Under the pieces are notes generated by a model. It was not told where the DNA came from. It did not search any database and saw nothing but the letters and a program-made list of their open reading frames with translations. The position numbers were made by a program, and so were the translations under genes. Shown in pieces: positions 52,708 through 62,308 of a DNA stretch of 64,000 nt. Source of the DNA: Thermodesulfobacteriota bacterium (GTDB lineage Bacteria > Desulfobacterota_D > UBA1144 > Nemesobacterales > UBA2774); NCBI GenBank assembly GCA_965223335.1, contig OZ244991.1:1888001-1952000 (forward strand), read 5' to 3'. Numbering within the stretch: the stretch's first letter is position 1; each line of letters opens with the position of its first letter.

Positions 52708-53784
52708 ATGAGCAAGAGTAGAATAGTAGTAGCGATGAGCGGGGGAGTGGACAGCACCACCGTTGCGGCGCTCCTTAAGGCCGAGGGGCATGACGTAATA
52801 GGCATCACTATGCAGCTTCTGGAGCATAGGGACTCGGAAGGGGGGTGTTGCTCGCTCGATAACATCATAGATGCGAGGAAAGCTTCAAATTATCTGGGTA
52901 TCCCACACTATGTGGTCAATTTTACCGATATGTTCAACGAGCTTGTTATGAGGGATTACGTGGATAAGTACAATTCCGGTAAAACCCCGATACCATGCGT
53001 GCTTTGTAATCAGCACATAAAGTTTGATCTCTTGTTAAAGCGCGCAAAAGAGCTTGGTGCAGACTATTTGGCTACAGGGCACTATGCCCGTGTAGTTAAA
53101 GAGGCAGATAACGGGCCCTACAAGTTAAGCAAAGCCGTGGACGAATCCAAGGACCAGACCTATTTCTTATATACATTGACGCAGAACGAGCTGCCGTACC
53201 TTATGTTTCCATTGGGCGGAATGACGAAAAAAGAGGTAAGGCAGATAGCTAAAGAGCTGAGCATAAAGGTCGCTGAGAAGCCCGACAGCACAGGTGTGTG
53301 TTTTGTGCCCACGGGGAACTATAGGGATTTTCTCTCGGAGCAGGGACTGTTTAACGAAGAACAGGGGGAGATAGTGGATACCGAAGGGAGCGTGCTTGGA
53401 TCACACAGGGGGCTTTACTCCTATACGGTGGGTCAAAGACGCGGCCTCGGGATTGCTCTCGGCAGGCCTGCATATGTGGTAGAGCTTGACCCGTCTCGTA
53501 ACCGTGTGGTGGTAGGCGATCAAGATAAGATATATAGGAGCTCGTTGGTTGCGGACTCAATGACGTGGGTCACTGAGCCTCCCGGAGAGGACACAACGGT
53601 AAGTGCAAAGGTGCGTTACCGCCACCCTGAGGATGAGGCAAGCATAGAGTTTCTATCAGAAGAAGGTATCAAAGTTGATTTTAAAAAGCCTCAAAGAGCC
53701 ATTACCCCGGGTCAGGCAGTGGTGTTTTACAAGGGGGAGTCGGTGCTAGGTGGGGGGTGGATAAAAGAGGTGCTTAGCAATTGA
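52708..53784 (+). CDS. mnmA: tRNA 2-thiouridine synthase
   Basis: SGGVDS, PCVLCN, ATGHY, KDQTYFL, GQRRG, TPGQ. Confidence 0.97.
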   Translation: MSKSRIVVAMSGGVDSTTVAALLKAEGHDVIGITMQLLEHRDSEGGCCSLDNIIDARKASNYLGIPHYVVNFTDMFNELVMRDYVDKYNSGKTPIPCVLCNQHIKFDLLLKRAKELGADYLATGHYARVVKEADNGPYKLSKAVDESKDQTYFLYTLTQNELPYLMFPLGGMTKKEVRQIAKELSIKVAEKPDSTGVCFVPTGNYRDFLSEQGLFNEEQGEIVDTEGSVLGSHRGLYSYTVGQRRGLGIALGRPAYVVELDPSRNRVVVGDQDKIYRSSLVADSMTWVTEPPGEDTTVSAKVRYRHPEDEASIEFLSEEGIKVDFKKPQRAITPGQAVVFYKGESVLGGGWIKEVLSN

Positions 53785-55088
53785 AGACAGTAGCTGTGGT
53801 CACATTGGGCTGTAAGGTAAACCAGTATGATACGGCTGTGATATTAAACCAGCTTCCCAAATCTAAGTACCGCACAGTGCCGTTTGATAGCGGTGCGGAT
53901 ATCTACGTGATTGACAGCTGTACAGTTACACACAAAGCCGACGCCGAGGCAAGGCAGTATGTAAACCGTGCGAGGAGGGCAAACCCCGACGCAGTAATTG
54001 TGCTTACTGGCTGCTATGCGCAAGTTGCCTCGGAGGAGCTCTCCGGGCTTGAGGGTGTGGACTATATAGTCGGCAACTCACACAAATTCAGCTCGCTTAT
54101 AAAGCTTGTGCGCGAGGGCACTGCTCAGGAGTCTCCGTCTGTGCATGTCTCGGACATATTTAACGAGAAGAGAAAGAGTTTTGAGACCCCTGGCATTGAT
54201 AGTTTCCCCGGGAGGACAAGGGCGTTTCTAAAGGTACAGGACGGCTGCAACTATGCCTGTACTTTCTGCATAATACCGAGAGCTCGGGGGAGATCGAGGA
54301 GTTTAGATGCCCAAGAGATAATAAATCGCATTGGGGAGCTGGCCGGTGCGGGGTTTAAAGAGGTAGTGCTGACTGGGATTCATATTGCGAGTTACGGAAC
54401 CGACATCGGCACTGATCTGCTCTCTATGCTTCGGCTATTAGATGAGCAAGATCACGACTGTAGGCTTAGGCTTACCTCGCTTGACCCAGCAGATGTTAGT
54501 AATGAACTAGTGGACTTTGTGGCGGAGTCGCGACACTTTTGTCCGCAGTTTCATGTGGCACTACAGAGCGGGGACCCCGAGGTGCTAAGAAGGATGCGCA
54601 GGAGATACACACCCGAGAGGTTCCTTGAGTTCACGGACTATATCCGCGAGCGCATGCCGCATGCGTCGATAGGCTCGGATATAATGGTCGGGTTCCCGGG
54701 CGAGACCCCTGAGCAGTTTCAAAACACCTGCCGTGTTGCAGATGAGTCGGCGCTCACATACTTTCATGTGTTTCCATACTCGAGGCGCAAGATGACACCC
54801 GCAGCCGGTATGGAAGACCAGATTGCTCCCGAGGTAATTAAAGAGAGGAGTAAGATTCTCAGAAAGCTTGGGGAGTCTAAGAAAAAAACATTCTATAAGC
54901 AATTTATAGGTAGGTCGCTCCCGATGATCATGGAGACCAGATCCCGCGGTACCACAGACAACTACATAGCAGTCAGGCTCGGCGACGGGAATGTCCCGGT
55001 CGGCACACTGGCGGATGTTAGGATTACCGGTGTAGCACAAGGTTTTGCAAAAGGGAGTATAATTGCTAATACCAATACGTCCATCTAA
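53781..55088 (+). CDS. mtaB: tRNA t6A37 methylthiotransferase
   Basis: TLGCKVNQY, SCTVT, TGCYAQ, RTRAFLKVQDGCNYACTFC. Confidence 0.93.
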   Translation: MKTVAVVTLGCKVNQYDTAVILNQLPKSKYRTVPFDSGADIYVIDSCTVTHKADAEARQYVNRARRANPDAVIVLTGCYAQVASEELSGLEGVDYIVGNSHKFSSLIKLVREGTAQESPSVHVSDIFNEKRKSFETPGIDSFPGRTRAFLKVQDGCNYACTFCIIPRARGRSRSLDAQEIINRIGELAGAGFKEVVLTGIHIASYGTDIGTDLLSMLRLLDEQDHDCRLRLTSLDPADVSNELVDFVAESRHFCPQFHVALQSGDPEVLRRMRRRYTPERFLEFTDYIRERMPHASIGSDIMVGFPGETPEQFQNTCRVADESALTYFHVFPYSRRKMTPAAGMEDQIAPEVIKERSKILRKLGESKKKTFYKQFIGRSLPMIMETRSRGTTDNYIAVRLGDGNVPVGTLADVRITGVAQGFAKGSIIANTNTSI

Positions 55089-55106
55089 CCAGTAACCTTA
55101 TATGTC

Positions 55107-56021
55107 ATGCTCAAAAATCCAATCACCTATTTTATATTGCTCTCTTTATCTCTAGCTACATGCGGGACTGGGAATATACCCGCCGGAACAGAAAAATCGG
55201 ATATAAATTGGCACGATAACGCTAAGATGCTTAACCTTTGGGTGCTGGCCGATATACAGCCTAAGAACCGGGGCCACAGGGAGTCGTTCGAACTGGCGGT
55301 AGCAGATGTAAACGAAAACATCAAAAATATAGATTTTGCTATAGTTGCAGGCGACATAGTAAACGAGACTACCGAAGAGGTCTTTAATTGGTATGTAGAC
55401 ACACGGAATAGATCGTATATTGGGCAGTGGTATGAAATAATCGGGAACCATGATTTGAAGACTGATATGGGGAAATTGTTTAAAGAGAAGCTCAGAGAGG
55501 ATGTTAATTATTCGTTCGTGAAAGGTAATATACTGTTTATTTTTATGTCGGACAGCCAAAGGGGAAAGGCGACAGTGATTTCAGATGAGGTGTTCAAGTG
55601 GTGGAAACAACTTGTAGTAGAGAACCAAGACAAAATCATAGTGGTGACTACCCATGCCCCGCTTGAGGATAGTGGGATCCCGTTCTCTAGGTACGACACC
55701 CGACAGGTTACCGACTCTAAGCGCTTTACAGACGTGCTTGAGGAATATAGAGTGGACCTCTGGTTCTCGGGCCACCTTCACCTGCCGCACTCATTCGGCA
55801 ACACCATAGTAAAACGTGAGCACTACAATGACGTTGTGTTTGTTCATGTATCGTCGATTCGCCAGGAGATCATAGGACTTAAGGACTCGGAATCACGTGT
55901 TGTGACGTTCGTGTGCGGTTCGGATAAGGCACGGATCAGGTCGCGTAACCATGATCGTAGTGGATATGTTGAGACTCTGGAGAGAGTAGTGACCTTGTCA
56001 AAAGAGTACAAATGTGAGTGA
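55107..56021 (+). CDS. Lipoprotein metallophosphoesterase
   Basis: Lipobox LATC; DIQ, GD, GNHD, THAP, GHLH. Confidence 0.88.
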   Translation: MLKNPITYFILLSLSLATCGTGNIPAGTEKSDINWHDNAKMLNLWVLADIQPKNRGHRESFELAVADVNENIKNIDFAIVAGDIVNETTEEVFNWYVDTRNRSYIGQWYEIIGNHDLKTDMGKLFKEKLREDVNYSFVKGNILFIFMSDSQRGKATVISDEVFKWWKQLVVENQDKIIVVTTHAPLEDSGIPFSRYDTRQVTDSKRFTDVLEEYRVDLWFSGHLHLPHSFGNTIVKREHYNDVVFVHVSSIRQEIIGLKDSESRVVTFVCGSDKARIRSRNHDRSGYVETLERVVTLSKEYKCE

Positions 56022-56159
56022 TAAGAGCGGGTTTTAATGCCGCCACTGCCGTACCCTAGTTGAATCTTTAATACCGTTAATATCATCAATCTTAATAAGA
56101 CTTATAGTAAGTTATGTGTAAATATCCAATATCATTTAGCTGAGTGATGCAATAAGTCT

Positions 56160-56831
56160 ATGGATACTGGATACCTAAGAAACATATTAAAAGCGGTTCT
56201 AAGCTCGGGCAGCGAGTACTCTCAAGCGCTAAGTGTTATGACGGACGAGGAGTTGGTCCGGGAATATACTGAGAGCCGCAATGAAGCTGCATTCGAAGAG
56301 ATTATGAACAGGTATATGGATAAGGTGTATGGCTTTTCGTTTAGGTTTACTAAAAACCCGGATGATGCCGAGGAGGTTTTCCAAGAGGTGTTTCTTACTC
56401 TGGCTCGAAAGATTGATACCTTTAGGGGTGATGCAAAATTCTCGAGCTGGCTCTATAGGGTAACAATGAACGTTGCATTTATGTTCCTTAGATCAAAGAA
56501 GAAGAGCAGGAATGAAATAAGCCTGGACAACTATGCTCCCTACGATGAAAAGGGGACGTTGATGGGCAAGGTTATGGATAAGGATTGGAGCAGGCGTCCC
56601 GATATAGCTATATTTAGCAAAGAAGCGATGGAGATTATAGAGCGTGCCGTGGACGAGCTGCCGGAGTCTTATCGCATAGTATTTCATCTAAGAGATGTAG
56701 AGGGTTTAAATAATAGTGAGGTTTCGGATATTTTGGAAATATCGGTTCCGGCTGTAAAATCGAGATTGCATAGAGCCAGACTTTACTTGCGCGATAAGCT
56801 CTCGGATTATTTCTATGAATGGAGAAAGTGA
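56160..56831 (+). CDS. ECF RNA polymerase sigma factor
   Basis: DAEEVFQEVF, FSSWLYRV, VKSRLHRAR. Confidence 0.94.
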   Translation: MDTGYLRNILKAVLSSGSEYSQALSVMTDEELVREYTESRNEAAFEEIMNRYMDKVYGFSFRFTKNPDDAEEVFQEVFLTLARKIDTFRGDAKFSSWLYRVTMNVAFMFLRSKKKSRNEISLDNYAPYDEKGTLMGKVMDKDWSRRPDIAIFSKEAMEIIERAVDELPESYRIVFHLRDVEGLNNSEVSDILEISVPAVKSRLHRARLYLRDKLSDYFYEWRK

Positions 56832-56836
56832 CAGAT

Positions 56837-57076
56837 ATGTTCATGTGTAAAGATGTAGTAGAAAATATAATGGACTACGTGGATCAAGAGCTCGATTACG
56901 AGACCCTGGTTGCATTGGAAAAGCATGCAGACGAGTGTCCGGAGTGTATGGCGTTTGTAAAAACGTATAAAAGGATGCTTGAACTGACAGGTAAATTGAA
57001 ACAAAAGAGTTTTGTGACACACGATGTAAGAGAGAGATTGAAACTCCTTCTTAAGTCGAAGATTAAACCCTCGTGA
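56837..57076 (+). CDS. Soluble zinc-binding anti-sigma factor (zf-HC2)
   Basis: MC...DYVDQEL...HADECPEC; immediately follows the ECF gene; no TM helix. Confidence 0.88.
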   Translation: MFMCKDVVENIMDYVDQELDYETLVALEKHADECPECMAFVKTYKRMLELTGKLKQKSFVTHDVRERLKLLLKSKIKPS

Positions 57077-57099
57077 TATTCAGATAGCTCCACTACCTG

Positions 57100-57789
57100 C
57101 TACCTGATGTCTTCGTACTGTCTTCCAAGAGAGTTTATTGGGACCCCTAGATGGTACAAAAGCCTTAATTTCCACATGATATAGATAGTAGGAATCAAGC
57201 CTTTGGCCTCGAACCTTCTTGTGCTTGTAAGCAGACTCGAATTTATCCTGGTTCCGGGAGCTAGGGATTTTAGTGACTTTACAAACTCGATATCTTCCAT
57301 AAACGGTATCGGGGGAAAGCCCTTGATTTGTTCGAAGAGCTCTCGCTTTACATAGATGCCGTGATCTCCGAGTGGGCTTGAGCTAACCGTAGTCCGCAAA
57401 TTGGATAGAGTCTCTAATAGTTTGTAAGCTATTTTGGGCGAGTCTAGTTCTATGGGGAACCATCCCCAATAGGGACGGCACTCTAACAATACTGATCTAA
57501 GTGATTTATAGTTTTGTTTTGACATAAGATTGTCTGCGTGTAAAAAGAGCAGGTACTCGGAGTTTGAACTTGCTAGTGCTGCACCTTGGTTCATCTGCAC
57601 CGCCCTGCCTTTAGTAGTTTCAACCAGTCTCACATAGCTGTAGCTTCTTACTATATCTCTTGTGTCGTCGGTGCTCATACCGTCGGCTACTATAATTTCG
57701 TCGCCGGGATTGAGAACATCTACGAGGTTTGCGAGGGAGTGCCCGATGACCTTGGACTCGTTGTGTGTGGGAATGATTATAGCGATCAT
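57100..57789 (-). CDS. GT2 glycosyltransferase (TIGR04283-like)
   Basis: IIIPTHNE, DGMSTD, GRAVQMNQGA, FLHAD, GDHG, MED, TSTRRF. Confidence 0.87.
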   Translation of the reverse strand: MIAIIIPTHNESKVIGHSLANLVDVLNPGDEIIVADGMSTDDTRDIVRSYSYVRLVETTKGRAVQMNQGAALASSNSEYLLFLHADNLMSKQNYKSLRSVLLECRPYWGWFPIELDSPKIAYKLLETLSNLRTTVSSSPLGDHGIYVKRELFEQIKGFPPIPFMEDIEFVKSLKSLAPGTRINSSLLTSTRRFEAKGLIPTIYIMWKLRLLYHLGVPINSLGRQYEDIR

Positions 57790-57929
57790 ATCGTGTGGTG
57801 TTCAACAACCGAGTGTGTTCTAAATATCGTATTGTTATACTGTAATTTAATAAAGCGGTTTCGATTTTTAAAGTTTTTTATTATAATAGGTGGTGGTATT
57901 ACGAACTATATGTCTGTGGTGGGGTGCAA

Positions 57930-59261
57930 ATGACTGAGCGTAAGCGGGGGCTTACAGACGAGCCTGAACTAAAAAGGCTTTACACCAATTTTGAATCTGA
58001 TCTCGTCCGTTTAATAAACACTAACAACCTAATAGCGCAGTCAAAGCAGATGATCGACGATCAAAGCGAGTACATGCGTACGACTACAAAAGAGATCTAT
58101 AATAAGCTCAACTCTTTTGCAGTGAAACTGGTGGATATTGAAGATAAATTATCTCAGTTCTCTAGGACTATTAACGACCGTGCGGTAGGGGAGAGCAATA
58201 TACAGTCGATATCAGAACAAATCGATAGCAGTATGGACGAGGTAAAAAGTATCCTTGTAGACTTTCAGGAGTATGCGAGGGAGATAAACGACAGTATCTA
58301 CGAAAGCAGTAAAAAGGAGTTGAGCAAACTGGATGCGCTCCACACGGTTTATGAGCTTGAGCTTAAATCTGCTCAGCAAATAATTGAAAGTAGGTTGCGT
58401 GGACTAGAAGAAAATATTGTTGAGGGTACTGGGAACGAGCACGCCACTACTGCACAACCCGAAGACACAAATAGTAGTTATGATCCCCCGAAGGAAACGA
58501 ATACAGTCGCAAGTGAATTGCCCAAAGCACGCAGTGATTCAAACGCAACAGGGATAAGTGCAATATCAGTAGCCAGTGCATTAATCTTTTTAGTGTTGGG
58601 ATTGATCATCGGGGCGTCATATGTGTACTTAAAAGATAATTTCGAGGGGAAATTTACAGGTGCTCCCGGTGTTGGTACTGAACTGTCACAAGCACCTGCC
58701 GACAGAATTACAGATGATGAAATAAGCGAGTTTTCAGAGCTGAATAAGCCTGATCGGTATGCGGCCGTTGTTGATACTGAGACCCGTGGAGATGATGCGC
58801 TTGGTGATGGGGTCGAATCTGTGGCGGTTGGTGAATCGACTGAGTTACGGAGTCCGGGGCTAGCTGAGGGGGGCTCTGTGCCGGACACTGACAGTGGGTC
58901 AGGGATTGCAGCTCGGGAGTCTGAATCAGAACCTGCGGTAGAACAGAATGCTGTTACCACTGAAACCAGCCCACAATCGGAAGATTACATAGCTGGAAAC
59001 ATGGGGCAAACAGAACAGAGCCCGGATGAATCATCCGCCACCATTGATGTGGATTTAACACAAGAGCAGTTGTACACATCGCGTGTGTCGGGTGCCAATA
59101 TTCGAAGCGGGCCCGGGACGAACCATGATATTGTAACAGTGGTTCGCAGTGGTGATAAAATACGAGACTTAGGTGAGCGAAGCGGCAGGTGGATGAAAAT
59201 AGAAACCGAGGACGGTAAGGTGGGCTGGGTCTCGAGCAGGATTATTAAAGAATATAGATGA
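57930..59261 (+). CDS. Bitopic protein: coiled coil, one TM, acidic linker, SH3b domain
   Basis: N-terminal heptads; TM LIFLVLGLIIGASYVYL; ANIRSGPGT...WMKIE...GWVS. Confidence 0.8.
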   Translation: MTERKRGLTDEPELKRLYTNFESDLVRLINTNNLIAQSKQMIDDQSEYMRTTTKEIYNKLNSFAVKLVDIEDKLSQFSRTINDRAVGESNIQSISEQIDSSMDEVKSILVDFQEYAREINDSIYESSKKELSKLDALHTVYELELKSAQQIIESRLRGLEENIVEGTGNEHATTAQPEDTNSSYDPPKETNTVASELPKARSDSNATGISAISVASALIFLVLGLIIGASYVYLKDNFEGKFTGAPGVGTELSQAPADRITDDEISEFSELNKPDRYAAVVDTETRGDDALGDGVESVAVGESTELRSPGLAEGGSVPDTDSGSGIAARESESEPAVEQNAVTTETSPQSEDYIAGNMGQTEQSPDESSATIDVDLTQEQLYTSRVSGANIRSGPGTNHDIVTVVRSGDKIRDLGERSGRWMKIETEDGKVGWVSSRIIKEYR

Positions 59262-59295
59262 GAAATAGGTTTGCTTTTTGCTTTGACTACTGCGG

Positions 59296-59934
59296 TTAGT
59301 TAACCGGGTTTGTGATCGGCGCCCCTGAAGTCGTACCCTCTATTTCCTCGTAGATCTCCTGGGCTTTTTGGGCATTGCCCAGTTTTTCGTATGCAAGACC
59401 CATATGGAGTTTGGCTTCCTGCTCGTAGGGGCTGCCCGGGCCTATTTGGTTTAAGTAGTCGATCGACTGTTGCCAGTTCTCGAGGCTAAAGCTTGCAAGT
59501 CCCTGAGTGAGCAGGGCTGATTCCTCGAGCGTTTTATCGTTGTCGCCCCTTTTTATGAATTTGTCCAGAGTCGCAATAGCGTCTTGGTATTTGCCCGTTT
59601 GATAATAAATACGGGCTGCATAGTACTGGGATACACCAGCTAGGTTGCTCCCGGAGTGTTTCTCTGCAACACTGAGGAATTCCTGGAGTGCCTCGTCATT
59701 ATTGCCTGTCTTGTACAGTTCATAGGCGCTGTCGAAATCGGTACTTGCCACTATTTTGTTTTTGTCTTCAAATGTTGAGAACACATATATTAATATCAGC
59801 GCAACTATAACAACCACAAGCGCAGCCACTAGCTTTGTGGAGTGAGACGATGTGTAATCTATAGCTTTTCCTACGGATTCAGCGAATTTATCGGGTTGTT
59901 TGAGGTCTTTTGGTGTGTACTTAATCTTTGCCAT
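59296..59934 (-). CDS. YfgM-like membrane-anchored TPR protein
   Basis: KDLKQPDKF N-terminus, single TM, TPRs. Confidence 0.75.
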   Translation of the reverse strand: MAKIKYTPKDLKQPDKFAESVGKAIDYTSSHSTKLVAALVVVIVALILIYVFSTFEDKNKIVASTDFDSAYELYKTGNNDEALQEFLSVAEKHSGSNLAGVSQYYAARIYYQTGKYQDAIATLDKFIKRGDNDKTLEESALLTQGLASFSLENWQQSIDYLNQIGPGSPYEQEAKLHMGLAYEKLGNAQKAQEIYEEIEGTTSGAPITNPVN

Positions 59935-60069
59935 CCGCAAAATTATATACATAGGCACGGGAATTACAAGATATTCGCATTCGTATGAGGGCGGGGATAA
60001 AAAACTAGATTATCAATCATTGCTTGCGGATTGACCTAGGGATGGCTAAAATAATTTTAGGTTCATCTT

Positions 60070-61512
60070 ATGATTAAAAGGTGTACGTTTCTATCATTCC
60101 TTGTCGCTTGCTTACTGATACTATTATACTTTGTACCGACCCCGTATTTACAGGCCGAACAGAAAGATGGCGCCGCTAAAGAGGTAAGCCCCGCATCCGA
60201 ATCTGTGGAGCAGAGTGCCGAGGGCCTGTCTAACATTGTTTTGATAGAGATTAACGGCTCTATTAACCCTGCCACGCTGGACTATATAAACACCGGTGTT
60301 GAGAATGCAAAAGTGACAGGGGCCGAGGCACTGATAATTATGCTCGATACCCCAGGCGGGCTGCTCTCATCAACCAAAGAAATAGTTAAGACCATACTAA
60401 ATGCGCCAGTGCCCGTAATAGTGTATGTGGCACCCGGCGGTGCTAGTGCTACATCCGCAGGTGTGTTCATAACACTATCGGCTAATATTGCAGCCATGGC
60501 GCCCGGAACGAGTATTGGTGCAGCGCACCCTGTGTCGCTTAGCCCGAGGGGCCAGGAGAAAGAGGATGATAAGAGCAAAGAGGGAGAAAAGAAGAAGGGG
60601 GAGCCTACGAAAGAGCAGAAGGACGTAATGAACGAGAAGATATTGAACTATGCCTCGTCGTTTATAGAGAGCATTGCGGAGAGAAGGGGCCGCAACGTCG
60701 AGTGGGCAATAGACGCAGTCAGGAATAGCGCATCAATTACCTCTACCGAGGCCCTAGAGCTCAAGGTCGTGGACCTGATATCGCCTAACTTAAACAAATT
60801 AACCGAGGATATTGACGGCTGGGAGGTGGAGCTCCCACAGGGTAAAACCAAGCTAAAGACCAAGGGCGCGGGTTTCACAAAGATCGGTATGAACGCTAAG
60901 CAAAGGGTGATCGACATACTGAGCACTCCGGACATCGCATTCCTATTACTATCGTTGGGCTCGTTGGGGTTACTGCTCGAGTTCTATAACCCGGGTCTCA
61001 TATTTCCAGGTGTGGCCGGGGTCGTGTGTCTGTTGATGGGGTTTGTATCGTTTCAGATTCTGCCGTTTAACTATGCGGGGTTGGTGCTGTTAGTGTTGGG
61101 GATTGCACTATTTGTGGCAGAGATGTATGTGACTAGCTTCGGGCTACTTACCGCAGGGGGTATTATAAGCTTTGGACTGGGGGCATTGCTCTTGTTTGAC
61201 ACGCCCGAGTCTGATGTAAGGGTAGGGTTTGATGTAGTGATTGCCACAACTGCTGTGGTGGGGCTATTTTTCGTATACGTGGTGTACAGCTTGGTTAGGG
61301 CTCAGAAGCTGCCGACAATGACGGGGTTCGAGGGTCTATTGGGTGAGCATGGCACTGCGGTATCGGATATATTTGAGTCGGGCAAAATATATATAAACGG
61401 TGAGTACTGGGAGGCACACAGTGATGAGAGGATAAGTAAAGGGGACAAGGTAGAGGTAGTGGAATCCGAGAGTAATCTGGTGCTTAAGGTTAAGAAAATA
61501 AATTCTACATAA
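60070..61512 (+). CDS. nfeD: NfeD membrane-bound serine protease (ClpP class)
   Basis: LDTPGG, SAG, GAAHPV, TM bundle, C-terminal GEYWEA OB domain. Confidence 0.94.
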   Translation: MIKRCTFLSFLVACLLILLYFVPTPYLQAEQKDGAAKEVSPASESVEQSAEGLSNIVLIEINGSINPATLDYINTGVENAKVTGAEALIIMLDTPGGLLSSTKEIVKTILNAPVPVIVYVAPGGASATSAGVFITLSANIAAMAPGTSIGAAHPVSLSPRGQEKEDDKSKEGEKKKGEPTKEQKDVMNEKILNYASSFIESIAERRGRNVEWAIDAVRNSASITSTEALELKVVDLISPNLNKLTEDIDGWEVELPQGKTKLKTKGAGFTKIGMNAKQRVIDILSTPDIAFLLLSLGSLGLLLEFYNPGLIFPGVAGVVCLLMGFVSFQILPFNYAGLVLLVLGIALFVAEMYVTSFGLLTAGGIISFGLGALLLFDTPESDVRVGFDVVIATTAVVGLFFVYVVYSLVRAQKLPTMTGFEGLLGEHGTAVSDIFESGKIYINGEYWEAHSDERISKGDKVEVVESESNLVLKVKKINST

Positions 61513-61527
61513 AGGGGGTTCATCAAG

Positions 61528-62283
61528 ATGTCTACACCTGTAATAGTAGCAGTCGCAATAGTAGTTCTATTATTCCTATCTGGGGTAAAGATCCTAAACG
61601 AGTACGAGAGAGGAGTTGTTTTTCGGCTGGGTAGGATCGTTGACCCTAAAGGGCCTGGGTTCAAATGGATTATCCCCATGGTGGATAAGATGATTAAGGT
61701 GAGCCTAAGGCTTATTACAATGGATGTGCCTCCCCAGGATGTTATCACCAGGGATAACGTGTCGGTTAAGGTGAATGCTGTTGTGTACTTTAGGGTTGTG
61801 GAGCCGGTGAAAGCGGTGATCCAAGTGGAGAACTACCTATATGCGACCTCGCAGTTGGCTCAGACCACACTGAGAAGCATACTCGGGCAGGTGGAGCTCG
61901 ATGAACTCTTGGCAGAGCGAGAGAAACTTAATGTGAAGCTCCAGGAGGTGTTGGACAAGCAGACCGATGCATGGGGAATCAAGGTTACATTGGTGGAGCT
62001 AAAATATGTGGACCTTCCCGAGGATATGAAGCAGGTCATGGCGCGCCAGGCCGAGGCCGAGAGAGACCGGAGGGCTAAGGTCATAAACGCTGAGGGAGAG
62101 TTCCAGGCTGCCACAAAGTTAACAGAGGCCTCTGATATTCTTGCTTCAAACCCAATGGCTCTGCAACTTAGGTTCTTGCAAACTCTGACTGAGATGTCTA
62201 ACAACAAGAGTTCAACTATCGTGTTTCCATTGCCGCTTGAGCTCCTAAAACCGTTTATTGAGGGCGGCTCGAAGAACACTTAA
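61528..62283 (+). CDS. SPFH/stomatin (slipin) protein
   Basis: [34 protein letters not shown]. Confidence 0.95.
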   Translation: MSTPVIVAVAIVVLLFLSGVKILNEYERGVVFRLGRIVDPKGPGFKWIIPMVDKMIKVSLRLITMDVPPQDVITRDNVSVKVNAVVYFRVVEPVKAVIQVENYLYATSQLAQTTLRSILGQVELDELLAEREKLNVKLQEVLDKQTDAWGIKVTLVELKYVDLPEDMKQVMARQAEAERDRRAKVINAEGEFQAATKLTEASDILASNPMALQLRFLQTLTEMSNNKSSTIVFPLPLELLKPFIEGGSKNT

Positions 62284-62308
62284 ATTAATCAACTTGGAGA
62301 TAAGAGCA

